DNA of 64,000 nucleotides, taken from assembly GCA_051294375.1 (NCBI GenBank), contig CM119268.1:4144404-4208403 (forward strand), read 5' to 3'. Shown in pieces: positions 40,721 through 56,190 of this stretch. A model generated the notes under the pieces. That model did no database searches, was not told the origin of the DNA, and was given only the letters and a program-made list of their open reading frames with translations. A program made the translations under genes and the position numbers. Within the stretch, counting starts at the first letter, position 1; each line of letters starts with the position of its first letter. Origin of the DNA: Paraspadella gotoi. Its lineage: Eukaryota; Animalia; Chaetognatha.

Positions 40721-43367
40721 GGCTGAGAACGCACAGCAGTGGAGGCAGCTTTAATATTGCTGCCACAATCCTTCCATAAATAAAAAAAGCCATCCTCTCT
40801 TTTTCGTCGTCCTCATATTTTTCGGACTCAAGTTACTCATAGAGAGAAAAAAGTAATGTTTTCACGTCGGCAACGTTAATGGATGATGAACCGTTAACGA
40901 GTTCACACCGACGGCGCTTGGCCATTCACGTGATCGCGGTGAAACGGACGATGACAATGACGTTGCAAGAGAGTACGNNNNNNNNNNNNNNNNNNNNNNN
41001 NNNNNNNNNNNNNNNNNNNNNNNNNNNNNNNNNNNNNNNNNNNNNNNNNNNNNNNNNNNNNNNNNNNNNNNNNNNNNNNNNNNNNNNNNNNNNNNNNNNN
41101 NNNNNNNNNNNNNNNNNNNNNNNNNNNNNNNNNNNNNNNNNNNNNNNNNNNNNNNNNNNNNNNNNNNNNNNNNNNNNNNNNNNNNNNNNNNNNNNNNNNN
41201 NNNNNNNNNNNNNNNNNNNNNNNNNNNNNNNNNNNNNNNNNNNNNNNNNNNNNNNNNNNNNNNNNNNNNNNNNNNNNNNNNNNNNNNNNNNNNNNNNNNN
41301 NNNNNNNNNNNNNNNNNNNNNNNNNNNNNNNNNNNNNNNNNNNNNNNNNNNNNNNNNNNNNNNNNNNNNNNNNNNNNNNNNNNNNNNNNNNNNNNNNNNN
41401 NNNNNNNNNNNNNNNNNNNNNNNNNNNNNNNNNNNNNNNNNNNNNNNNNNNNNNNNNNNNNNNNNNNNNNNNNNNNNNNNNNNNNNNNNNNNNNNNNNNN
41501 NNNNNNNNNNNNNNNNNNNNNNNNNNNNNNNNNNNNNNNNNNNNNNNNNNNNNNNNNNNNNNGAAAGAGAGAGAGAGTCCAGTAACCTTTTTCTCCTTCA
41601 TTTTTTACCCCAAATTAAACAATAATAAACATCATAGAAACAATTTTCGAATTATTTTTGTTTTCCGAATTTGAAACTAAAAAATATAAGTTTATTCTTT
41701 TTATACCTTTATACGTAGCGTAAATCGAATATAAAATTTGATTTTTATCATGTAGTAAAAAGAAGAAGTACAATTTTTGCTCGACCGCAACTTTGAGCTA
41801 AAAAAATCGAACAAATTTTTAATATTTTTTTATCTTCAAATTCTTCTTAAAATATGAAAGTAAAAAAAAATATTCTTCATCATGAAAAAGAAGAAAAAAA
41901 AGGAAAGGAAAATAAAAAGGAGATTAGAAAGGATTCAAAGTAGAGAGAGAGGAAAGAAAGAGAATATAAGATATAAAAGTACCTGGAGGAAGAAGAAAAA
42001 GTGAGGAACGGAAGTAGAAAAACAAAGAAAAGTAGGAAAGTAGGAAAAGAAGGAAGGAAAGAGAAAATAAGAAAGAAGGAGAGAGAAAAGAAAAGAAGAG
42101 CAAGAGCTAGAAATAGTGAGGGAAAAAAGAGAGGAAAAATGTAAAGAAGGAAAAATTGATGAAAAGAAAACTGAAGTTGTGAATGAAAAAGAAAGGAAAT
42201 GAAAACTAGTCTCTCTCTCTCTCTNNNNNNNNNNNNNNNNNNNNNNNNNNNNNNNNNNNNNNNNNNNNNNNNNNNNNNNNNNNNNNNNNNNNNNNNNNNN
42301 NNNNNNNNNNNNNNNNNNNNNNNNNNNNNNNNNNNNNNNNNNNNNNNNNNNNNNNNNNNNNNNNNNNNNNNNNNNNNNNNNNNNNNNNNNNNNNNNNNNN
42401 NNNNNNNNNNNNNNNNNNNNNNNNNNNNNNNNNNNNNNNNNNNNNNNNNNNNNNNNNNNNNNNNNNNNNNNNNNNNNNNNNNNNNNNNNNNNNNNNNNNN
42501 NNNNNNNNNNNNNNNNNNNNNNNNNNNNNNNNNNNNNNNNNNNNNNNNNNNNNNNNNNNNNNNNNNNNNNNNNNNNNNNNNNNNNNNNNNNNNNNNNNNN
42601 NNNNNNNNNNNNNNNNNNNNNNNNNNNNNNNNNNNNNNNNNNNNNNNNNNNNNNNNNNNNNNATTCTCGAGTGAGTCATCAACGCGGTCGATCGGTCAGC
42701 GACGTTGGAGTGATGATTTCTTTATGTACGGAAGTAACGGAAATATTATACTGAGATTCGTTACGCCGATGGCTTCAATTGCGGAAAACCATAAATCGAA
42801 GCTTAAAAAAAAATGTAGTATTATCAATAATAATATCAATAATATCATGGACGAAGTTGAATTTATATATAAACCAACTGATATTACTTTTTTATAGACT
42901 TAAAGTTAAACGGTAGAATTTCTAATTTACGAACAAATTTTAAATCAGAGCGATGGTTTCGTTGAATATTAAACGTTGAAAAGAAACGCTAGGGCGTGGT
43001 CAGTCACGTGAACCTTTACTCCGTCGAAGGTCGAGATTTCACTGTGAATTTCTGATTTGAAATTCTATCGTTGGGTTCAGCTGTTTGCTCTCTTTTTGGT
43101 GGTTAAATGAGGTGAAAGTGAAAGGCGTGTGGTTTGGGTAGGGGAAGAAGTGAGTGGTTGAGGTTAGTGGTTGAAAAGAGTGATTGAAGTTAGTGGTTGG
43201 CGTGAGTGGTATAGGTGAGTGGTTGAGGTGGGCGGTCACTGGGCGGGGTTGGATGGTTTGATCGTTGGCTTTGCTTGGACCTCAGCCGTTGTGAGAAAAA
43301 CGAGCCTCGGTTTCTTGATGGGCAGTCTTTTTTTTATTTTCTTTCTTTGTCTCTTTTAATTTTTTCT

Positions 43368-43447
<80 letters not shown>

Positions 43448-43826
43448 TTTCCTCATTTTTGGCAACCTCTCTCGCTTCTTCTCCGCAGAATCGAGCAAAA
43501 AAAAAAAAAAATGGAAATCCCAATTTCATTGCAAATCGCAATTCCATTGCCGCCAATTGACGACGGCTTAATATTTCACGGGATGAAGGGAAGAGTCGTC
43601 ATCGGTCTCGGGACGACGTGATTGACGTCAAAATGACGTCATCCTCGTCCTTAACGACGTCATCCGCGGCGTCACGACCCCATTTCCTTTTAATTTATTA
43701 TTGTTTATTAAAGACTTCGTATACCTTCGCCTCGACTGAGCGACGCGGTAATAAATCTCAACGCGGGTAAATACCCATTAACGCTTATGAATATGTATTT
43801 CGGTTCCGGAGGCGGTGGTTGTAGAG

Positions 43827-43871
<45 letters not shown>

Positions 43872-45757
43872 GGGAGAGAGAGAGAGAGGGAGAGAGAGAG
43901 AAAGAGAAAGAGAGCTATAAAGAATTATTTACTTAAAAAGTGTCTCGATCCAATCTAATCTTCTTTTTTAAATGTTTTATAATTTTTGTGCATTTGTTTT
44001 TATTATTTTTGTGTCTGAATTTTGAGTTTTCTTGCGATGACAGTCGATAATATATCAAAAACTAATTACTTCAATATAATTTATAACAATTTTTACTGAT
44101 TTTTCTAAAAATTTAATGAAAATATATAGTAAAAGAAGTAATTTTGTAATTTTTATACTGAAACAAAGACATTAAACTCCTGGTCTCCCCCTGTACACAA
44201 CGACCGCGGATTTCGTCGCCAAATCCGGTTCTCACTGTCGCGCTACGCTGCCCCCGTCGAGACGAGCGACCGAGCGTGACGCCTGATTTACGGAGGAGAA
44301 GAAGAATCGGGCGCCTGACAAATGGCGAGGGTCAGCGTAGCGTGGGGCGGCGTGGTTTGGCGTGGGTCGGCGTTGCGAGGTCTTGTTTGGCGTGACTTTG
44401 CGAATTGGCCGTGTCTTGGCATGGTTTCGAGTGGCGTAAGGAGAACATCTATTTTGTCCATAGTCTAATTAAAAAGATTTTCAAACATTCATTCATTCAT
44501 TCATAAATAAATTAAGGACTGAAAAGTTCAGTTAAACCCACAATTCCTCAACGTAATCTGTCAACGAATCAAATCAGTTTCGTCAAATTTATTTGATCTC
44601 AAATCAAAAATGAATCAGTTGAACTCGAAGTTTCTCGATGTCTCGAGTCTTAGATTAATATTAAATTAATATTTCTTGTCTCGAGTCTTAGATTAATGAG
44701 AAGAATTAATTCTCACTGAGAATTTCAGTAGTGAAACCCTATATCGATTCGCCTGATGAGACGCGATGATGATTTCTCGTTTTGTCGCGAGACAGAAGAN
44801 NNNNNNNNNNNNNNNNNNNNNNNNNNNNNNNNNNNNNNNNNNNNNNNNNNNNNNNNNNNNNNNNNNNNNNNNNNNNNNNNNNNNNNNNNNNNNNNNNNNN
44901 NNNNNNNNNNNNNNNNNNNNNNNNNNNNNNNNNNNNNNNNNNNNNNNNNNNNNNNNNNNNNNNNNNNNNNNNNNNNNNNNNNNNNNNNNNNNNNNNNNNN
45001 NNNNNNNNNNNNNNNNNNNNNNNNNNNNNNNNNNNNNNNNNNNNNNNNNNNNNNNNNNNNNNNNNNNNNNNNNNNNNNNNNNNNNNNNNNNNNNNNNNNN
45101 NNNNNNNNNNNNNNNNNNNNNNNNNNNNNNNNNNNNNNNNNNNNNNNNNNNNNNNNNNNNNNNNNNNNNNNNNNNNNNNNNNNNNNNNNNNNNNNNNNNN
45201 NNNNNNNNNNNNNNNNNNNNNNNNNNNNNNNNNNNNNNNNNNNNNNNNNNNNNNNNNNNNNNNNNNNNNNNNNNNNNNNNNNNNNNNNNNNNNNNNNNNN
45301 NNNNNNNNNNNNNNNNNNNNNNNNNNNNNNNNNNNNNNNNNNNNNNNNNNNNNNNNNNNNNNNNNNNNNNNNNNNNNNNNNNNNNNNNNNNNNNNNNNNN
45401 NNNNNNNNNNNNNNNNNNNNNNNNNNNNNNNNNNNNNNNNNNNNNNNNNNNNNNNNNNNNNNNNNNNNNNNNNNNNNNNNNNNNNNNNNNNNNNNNNNNN
45501 NNNNNNNNNNNNNNNNNNNNNNNNNNNNNNNNNNNNNNNNNNNNNNNNNNNNNNNNNNNNNNNNNNNNNNNNNNNNNNNNNNNNNNNNNNNNNNNNNNNN
45601 NNNNNNNNNNNNNNNNNNNNNNNNNNNNNNNNNNNNNNNNNNNNNNNNNNNNNNNNNNNNNNNNNNNNNNNNNNNNNNNNNNNNNNNNNNNNNNNNNNNN
45701 NNNNNNNNNNNNNNNNNNNNNNNNNNNNNNNNNNNNNNNNNAGAGAGAGAGAGAGAG

Positions 45758-45791
<34 letters not shown>

Positions 45792-45793
45792 AA

Positions 45794-45825
<32 letters not shown>

Positions 45826-45955
45826 TTATGGAAAGGATATTTCCCCCGCCCCTTTCCCGGCGGGGATTGCAATGCCATTCCAAGCCATATTTTCCTTAGT
45901 ACGTCACCATAATCGTCGAAATGAAATACGGAAAGTGAGCGAGAGAGAGAAGAAG

Positions 45956-46018
<63 letters not shown>

Positions 46019-46082
46019 AAAGAAGAGAGAGCGAGAGAGAGAAAGAAAGAAAAAGAGAGCAGGAGAGAGAAGAGAGAAGAGG

Positions 46083-46129
<47 letters not shown>

Positions 46130-48591
46130 TCTTAATTCCCCCTCATATCATGAGTCATAACCTGTCAATTACGACCCGTGAAACGATCGTCATGGAGAAA
46201 AAAATTCAGTGTCCAAAAAGTATGTAATATTTGCTTTTATGTATAAATTTAGGTTTGCATAACCAAGAATATCTCAGATTTTTCTAAAAAAAGGTAACTT
46301 ACCCTAACATGAAATCGAATGTCATAAAAATGTTTGTTTTTTATAATGAAGTTGGCAGATTAATTTTTTATCTCTCGTCCTGCGCGAGGAGGATATTGCT
46401 ACGTAATTGAGAGAAGCATCGAAGCTCGGAACAACATCAACAAAAACACATCGAGAGTTGGAGATGACTACTCGTCGCGTAATAACGAGAACGATGGTGA
46501 GGATGATGGAGGAAAGGGAGGAAAGGGAGGAAAGGAAAAAAGGAGGAAAGGAAGAAAAAAAGGAAACTAAAAAGAGAGGAAGGAGTAAGGAACGAAAGTA
46601 TGGAGGAAAGAAAAATGGCGGAGAAAAAAGTGAGAAAAGAGAAAGGAAGGAAAGAGGAGATAAGAAAAGCATAGGAAAGATACAATTAAAAAAGAAAAGA
46701 AAATATGTATTTAAATTTTGAGGCTGAAAAAGGGGAGAATGAAAAAGGGAAGGAAAAATTGAGAAAATAAAAAAGGAGGAAAGAAAGAAAGAGGTGAGAG
46801 AGAAGGATGGAAAGAAAAGGAAAAGTAGAAAAAGGAATAAAATATAAAAGGAGGAAAGAAAGAAAGAGGTAAGCGTGAGGATGAAAAGAAAAATGAAGAC
46901 AAGAAAAAAAGAGGAAAGAAAAAGCAAAAACCAAAAATCGTAAACGAGGCAGAAAAAGAAGAGGGAAAGAGAGTAAAAGACAGAAGAGATAATTTGACAG
47001 GAGATGAGGGAAAAGTTGGAATTTCCTCATGACGGAAGGAGGATGAAAAGGAATGAGGAAGAAAGTATAAAATCGAGAAATTAATCAATATTATTAGTTG
47101 CGGGAAGTAAATAATAGTTAAAGGCAAGTTATGAAGTGTTTAAAAAAGAAATTAGTAAATGGAAAAAAAATTTAGGCTTATGATAGAAAACTAAAACAGT
47201 TGGGCCCTAGTGTAAAATGAAATGAAAACAAAGAATTATTTAATATCATACCAAATTAAGCTTCAAGTAAATCGGACCAATGTTAAGGGGAAAACGATTT
47301 TATACGATATCTTGCACAACGTCTCAGGGATAAAAGTGAGATGTGAGAGTCGGTGAAGTTTGTGAGAAAAAGAAAAGGAAGAAGTGAAAGCAAAAACAGT
47401 TTTCCCTTTCATGAGTTCATCTTTCATCAAAAACACAAATATTTCAAAAACAAAAAAATGTCTGGAAAGAAAAACATTTTCTTCTGCTTTAATTACTCTC
47501 ATTAAAAAACATGTTTATCATTTCGTCTGAGTCGAAAGATTTAAGTCGAGCGGAAATAAACAGCTAAATGAAATAAAAACAAAAGTAAAAAAAAAAGGAA
47601 AGAAAAAACAAAAACAAAAAAGAGACGAAAGGAACTCGTTATATCAAGAAGTACATACGGACAAGCAGACGGACTAACAGACGGACAAACCGTTGATGTA
47701 AAAAGGACAATCGCTTCAAGTGACGAAAAATATTGAAGAAACAAACCGAGGTTCACGCACCGCAAGAGGAGAGAAAGATTTGGAAACAAAAAATCAATTA
47801 AAACATTCTTTAAAACATTATACCACTTCATAAGGAAACCAGGTACTCTGGGAGTAAATAAACTGCTAGAGAGATTCTTGATTGAAAGCTTGCAGGGTCA
47901 AATCTGGTTTTAAAATTTTAAAATTTTTATTTTTTTACTTTAGCTTATTTTTTATTATTATTTATTAATAAATATAGCTAACAAACTATTAATAGAATAT
48001 AAAATTTGTAAATAAACTTACCAAAATATTTATATGGGTCTTTATTTTCATATTATGTAAGTTAAATATGGCTTTTATAAAATCTTAATAATTTGAGTTT
48101 CTTATACACTACAATGTTTGCTCCTTTTTAATAGCACCTTATATGCTGCCATTTCCGACAAAGAAGATGAGACTATACAAAAAAATGGTTATCATCATCG
48201 AATTCTACAGACTTTATTACACTAAAATAGCTACGTACCTCACTTGATTTGTTATATTTCGTTATTTTTCAACGCCCTAAGGGTCATGCGATGTTATTGT
48301 CTTGTAAGACTGATGAAGGCCTGAACCCATCATCGCCTGTTCAAAGTCAGGGACAGGATAGCTTATTTATGAAATGAATGAAAAATGTTTATATTCGTTG
48401 TATCAATTTCATAATCGGTAAAGAAACAACGATAACGACGACGACAACGACGACGAAAACAGCGACAAAGACGACGACGTTTTTCCTCCATAAAAGCATC
48501 ACTGGATGCTTTAACGGATGGAGCAAAAAATGTGAAATGGCGAAATGGTCAAACGGTTGACCTCAACCTGAATCTCTCTTTGAAGGACGAG

Positions 48592-48643
<52 letters not shown>

Positions 48644-48699
48644 AAAGAAAGTAGAACGAAAAACAAACTAGATTCTCTCTTAACAACTCTTCACCTTTC

Positions 48700-49135
48700 T
48701 TTTCTTTCCTCCTTTCCTTTCCTTTCCCTTACCTTCTCTTTCCTACTCTTACCTCCCTTTAGTCCTCTTTTATCCTACTTTCCTTTTCCTTACCTTCTCT
48801 TTCCTACCCTTACCTCCCTTTCAGCCTCCTTTTCTTTCCTCCTTTCCTTGCCCTTACCTTTTCTTTCCTACCTTACCTCCCTTTAGCCCTCTTTTTTCCT
48901 CCTTTCCTTTTTCTTACCTTCTCTTTCCTACCCTTACCTCCCTTTTAGTCTTCTTTTCTTTCCTCCTTTCCTTGCCCTTACCTTCTCTTTCCTACCTTAC
49001 CTCCCTTTAGCCCTCTTTTTTCCTCCTTTCCTTTTCCTTAACTTCTCTTTCCTACCCTTACCGCCCTTTCAGCCTTCTTTTTCCTCCTTTCCTTTCCCTT
49101 ACCTTTTCCTTCCTTCCCTTAACCTCCCTTTCCCT
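48700..49135 (+). repeat. ~60-bp pyrimidine-rich minisatellite
   Basis: About seven copies of TTCCTCCTTTCCTTxxCCTTACCTTCTCTTTCCTACCCTTACCTCCCTTTAG. Confidence 0.85.
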
Positions 49136-50239
49136 CAAAATCTCCCCCGAGATTATTTCGTCGCGATTTTGGGCAAAAAGAAAAAGTGAGGCAGACAACA
49201 GATGGCGATTCTTGGTCCGAGATAATCAAATGAAAGAACATAAAAAAAACAAAGATATAAACAAAAGAAAGAAAAAGAAAAAAAAGAAAAACCTTTAAAA
49301 ATCTTATAGAAATTATCAATGTTCTTTGCGAATTTAATGTGGATCTCTTTAGGTATTTAGAAGAGTAACTTGTGATATTGAATTCTTAAATATCATTTAC
49401 AAATTAGATTATTTCTTATGTATCTTTTGCCTTGTTTTTCTTAGATGTTTTGTTTCACTATTTTATATAAATTTTTAATAAAGTTTAATTATGATTTAAT
49501 TTTCTAAATAATGTTTAGAGTATTGTAGCGTAAAAAATGAAATTATTTTTCTTGTTCTGAATGACTGTTTCATGTTTGATCTCAGATAAAATTCGTTGGA
49601 GACCAATGAGCCGAGGCGACTGGCGATGTGAATTGCGATGTATTACTATTATTAGATATTTTCAAACTACGTAATATTCCAAAGTTAACGTAAAGTCAAT
49701 ATTAAAAGACATTGCGTCAAAGATACGAGTAACTAATGACAATNNNNNNNNNNNNNNNNNNNNNNNNNNNNNNNNNNNNNNNNNNNNNNNNNNNNNNNNN
49801 NNNNNNNNNNNNNNNNNNNNNNNNNNNNNNNNNNNNNNNNNNNNNNNNNNNNNNNNNNNNNNNNNNNNNNNNNNNNNNNNNNNNNNNNNNNNNNNNNNNN
49901 NNNNNNNNNNNNNNNNNNNNNNNNNNNNNNNNNNNNNNGAGAAAAAACGGAAGAAAACAAAAGACGTGGATGATAAACAAAAGAAAACAAAGAAATGGAG
50001 GAAACGTTTTGGTTCGATGGTTGACGACGACCGATTTTTTTTTAAGTCCGAGGGTGTCAGGACCTTTTTCATTAATTTTAATTTAAAAAAAAGTATTAGT
50101 TAAAATTAGTCATTTTAGTTAGTCAAATTAGTCAGGTTTACTTATTCGTCCTTAACGTCGCAAGGATATCTTTGAGTACATCACAAATCACAAAATATAA
50201 CCAAATACTAGTAGTAATACTAATAGTAGTAACGGTTCT

Positions 50240-50284
50240 CCGGGAATCGAACTGCGGACTCTCGCGTGACAGGCGAGGATACTT
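50240..50284 (-). pseudogene. tRNA-Asp(GTC)-derived fragment (anticodon arm plus T arm only)
   Basis: Minus strand reads AGTATCCTCGCCTGTCACGCGAGAGTCCGCAGTTCGATTCCCG, close to eukaryotic tRNA-Asp AGTATCCCCGCCTGTCACGCGGGAGACCGGGGTTCGATTCCCCG. D arm and acceptor stem are missing. Confidence 0.75.
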
Positions 50285-50407
50285 GTTCATTCTTTTCTTA
50301 CATTAATTTTAGGTAGTGTCCAAGAAATTTTTAGTTTTAAACTAGAACTTGCCAATCAATTCCAACTGATCACCACTAAGTCCAACTGGTCAAAATAAAA
50401 TCCTCAC

Positions 50408-50535
50408 CTTGCTGCGCGGAATGCTCGGGTGGGGCCGGGTTAAAAGCGGTGGAGCCGCTCCTGCTGGGGCCGCCTCCGCTGCCGCCGCCGCCGACCAGCG
50501 GCTGAGTGGACGCGGAAGTGGGGATGTTTTTTCCG
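50408..50535 (-). CDS. IgSF gene A, juxtamembrane cytoplasmic exon
   Basis: Acceptor ccttccag|, donor CAAG|GTGAGG, phase 2 to 1. GKNIPTSASTQPLVGGGGSGGGPSRSGSTAFNPAPPEHSAQQ; phases match the TM exon and the 51-nt exon. Confidence 0.75.
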
Positions 50536-50871
50536 CTGGAAGGTAAGGCAAGGAAAGGGGAAAATTAAGGAGGGAGTACTAAGAGGAAAAATTATAATAA
50601 TAATGGAAAACAGAAAAAACATAAAATAAGTAAGCGATTTTTAATTAAATGAATGTAAAGATGATTTTATAAATTTAGGAATTAAGATTCAACGAAATGA
50701 AATAGAAAATAAAATAGAAATAAAAATAAATGAAGAAAAATGAAGAGAAATGAAATGAAACGAGAGAGAAAAAACGGAAATGAAGAAAATGAAAAGAGAA
50801 AAAAAACGAGAAAAGAAGACAAAAAATCGATAACTAATCAGAGGAGACACTAAGAGAGAGAGAGAAAAAAG

Positions 50872-50930
<59 letters not shown>

Positions 50931-50993
50931 GAGAGAGGAGAGGAGAGAGAGAGAGAGAGAGGAGAGNNNNNNNNNNNNNNNNNNNNNNNNNGC

Positions 50994-52723
<1,730 letters not shown>

Positions 52724-52940
52724 GATAAGGTTTAAGATTTTAGATGAGAATTCCTCTTTCTTTTTATTATTTTATTTTTTTAATCCTCTTTTATACGTAA
52801 GTTTTTATGTCCTTCTTTTTTTCTCTCTTTTCCTTTTTATTTTTTTCCTTATTCATATTTTTGGGTGTTTTTTATTTCTTTTCTTTCTTTCTTTCTTTCT
52901 TTCTTCTTTTCTTCTTTCTTCTTTCCTTTCTTTCTTTCTC

Positions 52941-52972
<32 letters not shown>

Positions 52973-53078
52973 TTCTTTCTTTCTTTCTTTCTTTCTTTCT
53001 TCGTTCTTCTTCTTTCTTCTTTCTTTCTTTTCCTCTCCTTTTTTTTCTTTCCTCCACAACACTTCTCCCCCCTCTCAC

Positions 53079-53364
53079 CCTGCATCGCCGGGGTCCTCAG
53101 CACGGTAAGCCCGACCCTGACCCCGTGCGGGATGGGCACGATCTCCTTGGAGGTGACCTTAAGCCCGTTCCGGTCGAAGTTGTCCGAGAATTCCAAGGTC
53201 ACGTTGTTATTGTGGACGCGAGGGTTGGAGATCACGTCGCAGGAGACGTTGTACTTGGAGAAGACGTCCAGGAGGAGGAGTTCGTAGGGGCGACACTGGA
53301 TGCGGACGCTGAAGACGACTTCCAAGGTGAGGTTCTTGGCGAGGATCACGTGTTCAGAGATGAC
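53079..53364 (-). CDS. IgSF gene A, Ig-like domain exon
   Basis: VISEHVILAKNLTLEVVFSVRIQCRP..YNVSCDVISNPRV..GVRVGLTVL; C-x3-SNP is a typical Ig B-strand/turn; several N-glycosylation sequons. Donor CAGG|GTGAGA, phase 0 to 1. Confidence 0.75.
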
Positions 53365-53999
53365 CTTTTTTTGAGAGGGGGGAGAGGGGGGGGCGAAGAA
53401 GGGGAGGAGGAGGGGAAAGTGGAGAGAGGGTAGATGGAAGAAGGGAAAGCGGAAGGGAGGAGGAAGGGAGGAAGAAAAAGGAAAGAAGAGAAAAAGGAGG
53501 AGAGAGAAGGAACAGGAAGATAAGAGGAAAGGAGGAAGGACAGAGAGGAAAAAAAGGAAAGTAAGGAAAAAAGAAAAGGAAGCGATGAAGAAGGAAAGGG
53601 AAAGGGAGAAAAGAAAGAAAGAGAAAAAGGAGGAATGGAAAGGAACAGAAGATAAAAGGAAATAGGGAAGGACAATGAGAAAAAGATGGAAAGTAAGGAA
53701 AAAGAAAGGAAAGGGAAAAGAAGAAAAGAAGAGTGAGAGAGAAAAAGTAGTAGGTAGAAATAAAGTGGAAGAAAACGAAGGGAGGAAAGGAAAGTAGAAA
53801 AAAAGAAAACAGCGAGGAAAGATGGAAGAAAAGAAATGAAAGGAGGAAGCGAAAAAAAAGGGAAATGAGATGAGCGACTAAGAATATTATTTGAATAAAA
53901 GCAAAAATGCAAAATTATCACATATAAATGGAGATTCGTTAAATCTTGACGGATCATTTCGAAAATCCTTCGTCACGAAACTCAAGCTGTGATTCTCAC

Positions 54000-54121
54000 C
54001 TTTAGAGAAACGTTGAGCGTCGCCTTGGTAACGGAAAACATCGACTTGCGAAAGGCGTGACTCACTTTGATGCCATTCACGCCCATGCGATAGGAGTCGG
54101 AGCTCTGCTGGGCCACGATGC
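54000..54121 (-). CDS. IgSF gene A, probable Ig D/E-strand exon
   Basis: IVAQQSSDSYRMGVNGIKVSHAFRKSMFSVTKATLNVSLK with phase-0 donor AAG|GTGAGA matching the next exon. Acceptor position uncertain. Confidence 0.55.
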
Positions 54122-54141
54122 GTGGTGGGGGAGATTGGATT

Positions 54142-54194
<53 letters not shown>

Positions 54195-55607
54195 AAGAGG
54201 AGCAGAGCAGAGAGAGAGAGAGAGAATCACTAACCCCAACCGCGAATCCAGAGTTTTCACCACATTCGCTCTTCAAATCTCCCGTAGAGAATTTTTTTAT
54301 CCCGACTTTTTTTTTCTCTCCTCAACGAAAAAAGAAAAGAAAAAAAGAAAAAAAAAGACAAAAAGGAAAAGAGAGGAAAAAAAAGGGGGAAAAAAAAAGG
54401 GATTTGCATTTCCATTTTCGTCTTTCGGTTCCACTCGAATATATATGTCGATCGTTAGGAATGGAAACTTGGACGGTTCCGGGGCGTTGCCTTCGCAGCC
54501 GCCGCCGCCGTCGCCTTCGCAGCTTCCGGTCTCCAGTCGCGCCACTTTTTTTTGACACTCAATCCTTTGAACGTACAATGCTCCAACCCCCAGCCGTGAC
54601 GATTTCTTTAGCTCAGCGCGTCTCTCGTTACCTGGCGTTTTATTTCTTTGACAGTCTTATCACATTCACCGTGTTATCACCATGCAGTTGCCGTTGGTAT
54701 TATTTTGAATCATATCAGGACTATGGCTGATGGTCTTGCAACTATTTCAAATTTTTCTTTCACAATTGTTGCTTCAATTGCTTTACCACGTCTCGCTTTC
54801 AACTTATCCTTTAACCATTGTTTTTTTTTTAACCACTCACTGAATATTAACTATCACGATCTTTCATCAGCCGAACCTCTTTAAACATTTCTCGTCCTCT
54901 GTTTCCAGTTACCATGACAACGCCGAACGCCGAAATTAGTCGCTCGCCGCAGATTTCGTTATTTTCCAATTCCCACTTTTTTTTCTTTCCCCAACGTCGA
55001 TTCGCCTTCTAACCTTTCTCTCCTTATCATTCGCCATTATGAATCCCATATTCCACCATTAGGCCAAAATCCGCTATTTCATTCGCCCGGTATCATTTTC
55101 TTCTTTCATGCTTTCTCCCTAATGCGACCCTTTTTTTCATTTCTTTTCTTTTCTTTTATTCTCCATTTCTTTTCTTTATCTCCTTACTTTTTCTCTTTCT
55201 TTTTTTTCTTTCCTTTTTTTTATTTTTTATTTTTCACTTTACTTTTATTTCTTACTTTACATTTTATCTTTCTTTTCCTCATTTTTATTCTCTCAATTTT
55301 CCTTAATTTTTTCTTTTCCACTCTTTCTACTTTTATCTTCCTTTTTCTCTTTCTTTTCTCTCACTTCTTCCTCTCATTTCTTTTCTTTCCCTCCATATTT
55401 TTCATTACATATGACGCCATTTCCTTCTCACAATTCTGTTCCTCTGACTCCGAAATATCGACTGATCGTGATTCAACTGTTCATTCTTAACTTTGGTTTC
55501 CCTCTTTCTTCCTTCACCACCAGCTCCGAATTTCCCCTCCTCCCCCAGATGACCCCACCCCCTCAACCCACAGAGGGTGATAAATGCCCCCAGGGCTCAA
55601 AGGTCAC

Positions 55608-55710
55608 CTGAAACCCTCGTCGCGAAACCCCAACTGATGTTTTTGGCCGGAATCACGGGGTTGGACAGAATCTCGCAGCTGAGTGAGTACGAGACGATTT
55701 GGCGCTGACT
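55608..55710 (-). CDS. IgSF gene A, Ig B/C-strand exon
   Basis: Acceptor cttttcacag|. SQRQIVSYSLSCEILSNPVIPAKNISWGF has the Ig L-x-C..SNP..I-x-W pattern. Donor CAG|GTGAC. Confidence 0.7.
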
Positions 55711-55931
55711 CTGTGAAAAGATCGTTGAAAGAAAAATAAATGTTTCTCTCTCTCTCTCTCCCTCCTCTCTGACACACGGCAAATCTAGTACAGTAATTTT
55801 CTTTTCTTCTGAGTTAAAAACTTAAAAAGAAAAATGTGTTACTCACTACACCACATCTACCTGACTCGACTGACTGACTGACTCACTCACTCACTCACTG
55901 ACTCACTCACTCACTCAACCAACTGACTTAC

Positions 55932-56050
55932 CCTCTTGGTAAGTGGGACACTGGAATCGAGGTTGAAACTTGACAAGGAGATGATCAAAACCACAACTGG
56001 GCAGCGGAGCGAGATCGGACTCGTCTCTGTAGGCGTGAGTGACGAGACAC
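55932..56050 (-). CDS. IgSF gene A, Ig F/G-strand exon
   Basis: CLVTHAY...LLVKFQPRFQC; C-x-V-x-H followed by V-x-F-x-P is characteristic of CD80-like C2-set/nephrin-type domains. Consensus donor GTAAGT. Phase is off by one relative to the next exon (homopolymer error or a missed exon). Confidence 0.6.
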
Positions 56051-56102
56051 CTGCGCGTCGAAAGTAAACTCATCAAAGACTGTAAAACTGAAATCAATTT
56101 TC

Positions 56103-56190
<88 letters not shown>

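Noticed and set aside
54430-54544. GC-rich segment (VARLETGSCEGDGGGGCEGNAPEPS) as an exon of gene A
   Set aside because: The phase could fit, but the acceptor lacks a pyrimidine tract and the donor is weak, so it is left uncalled.
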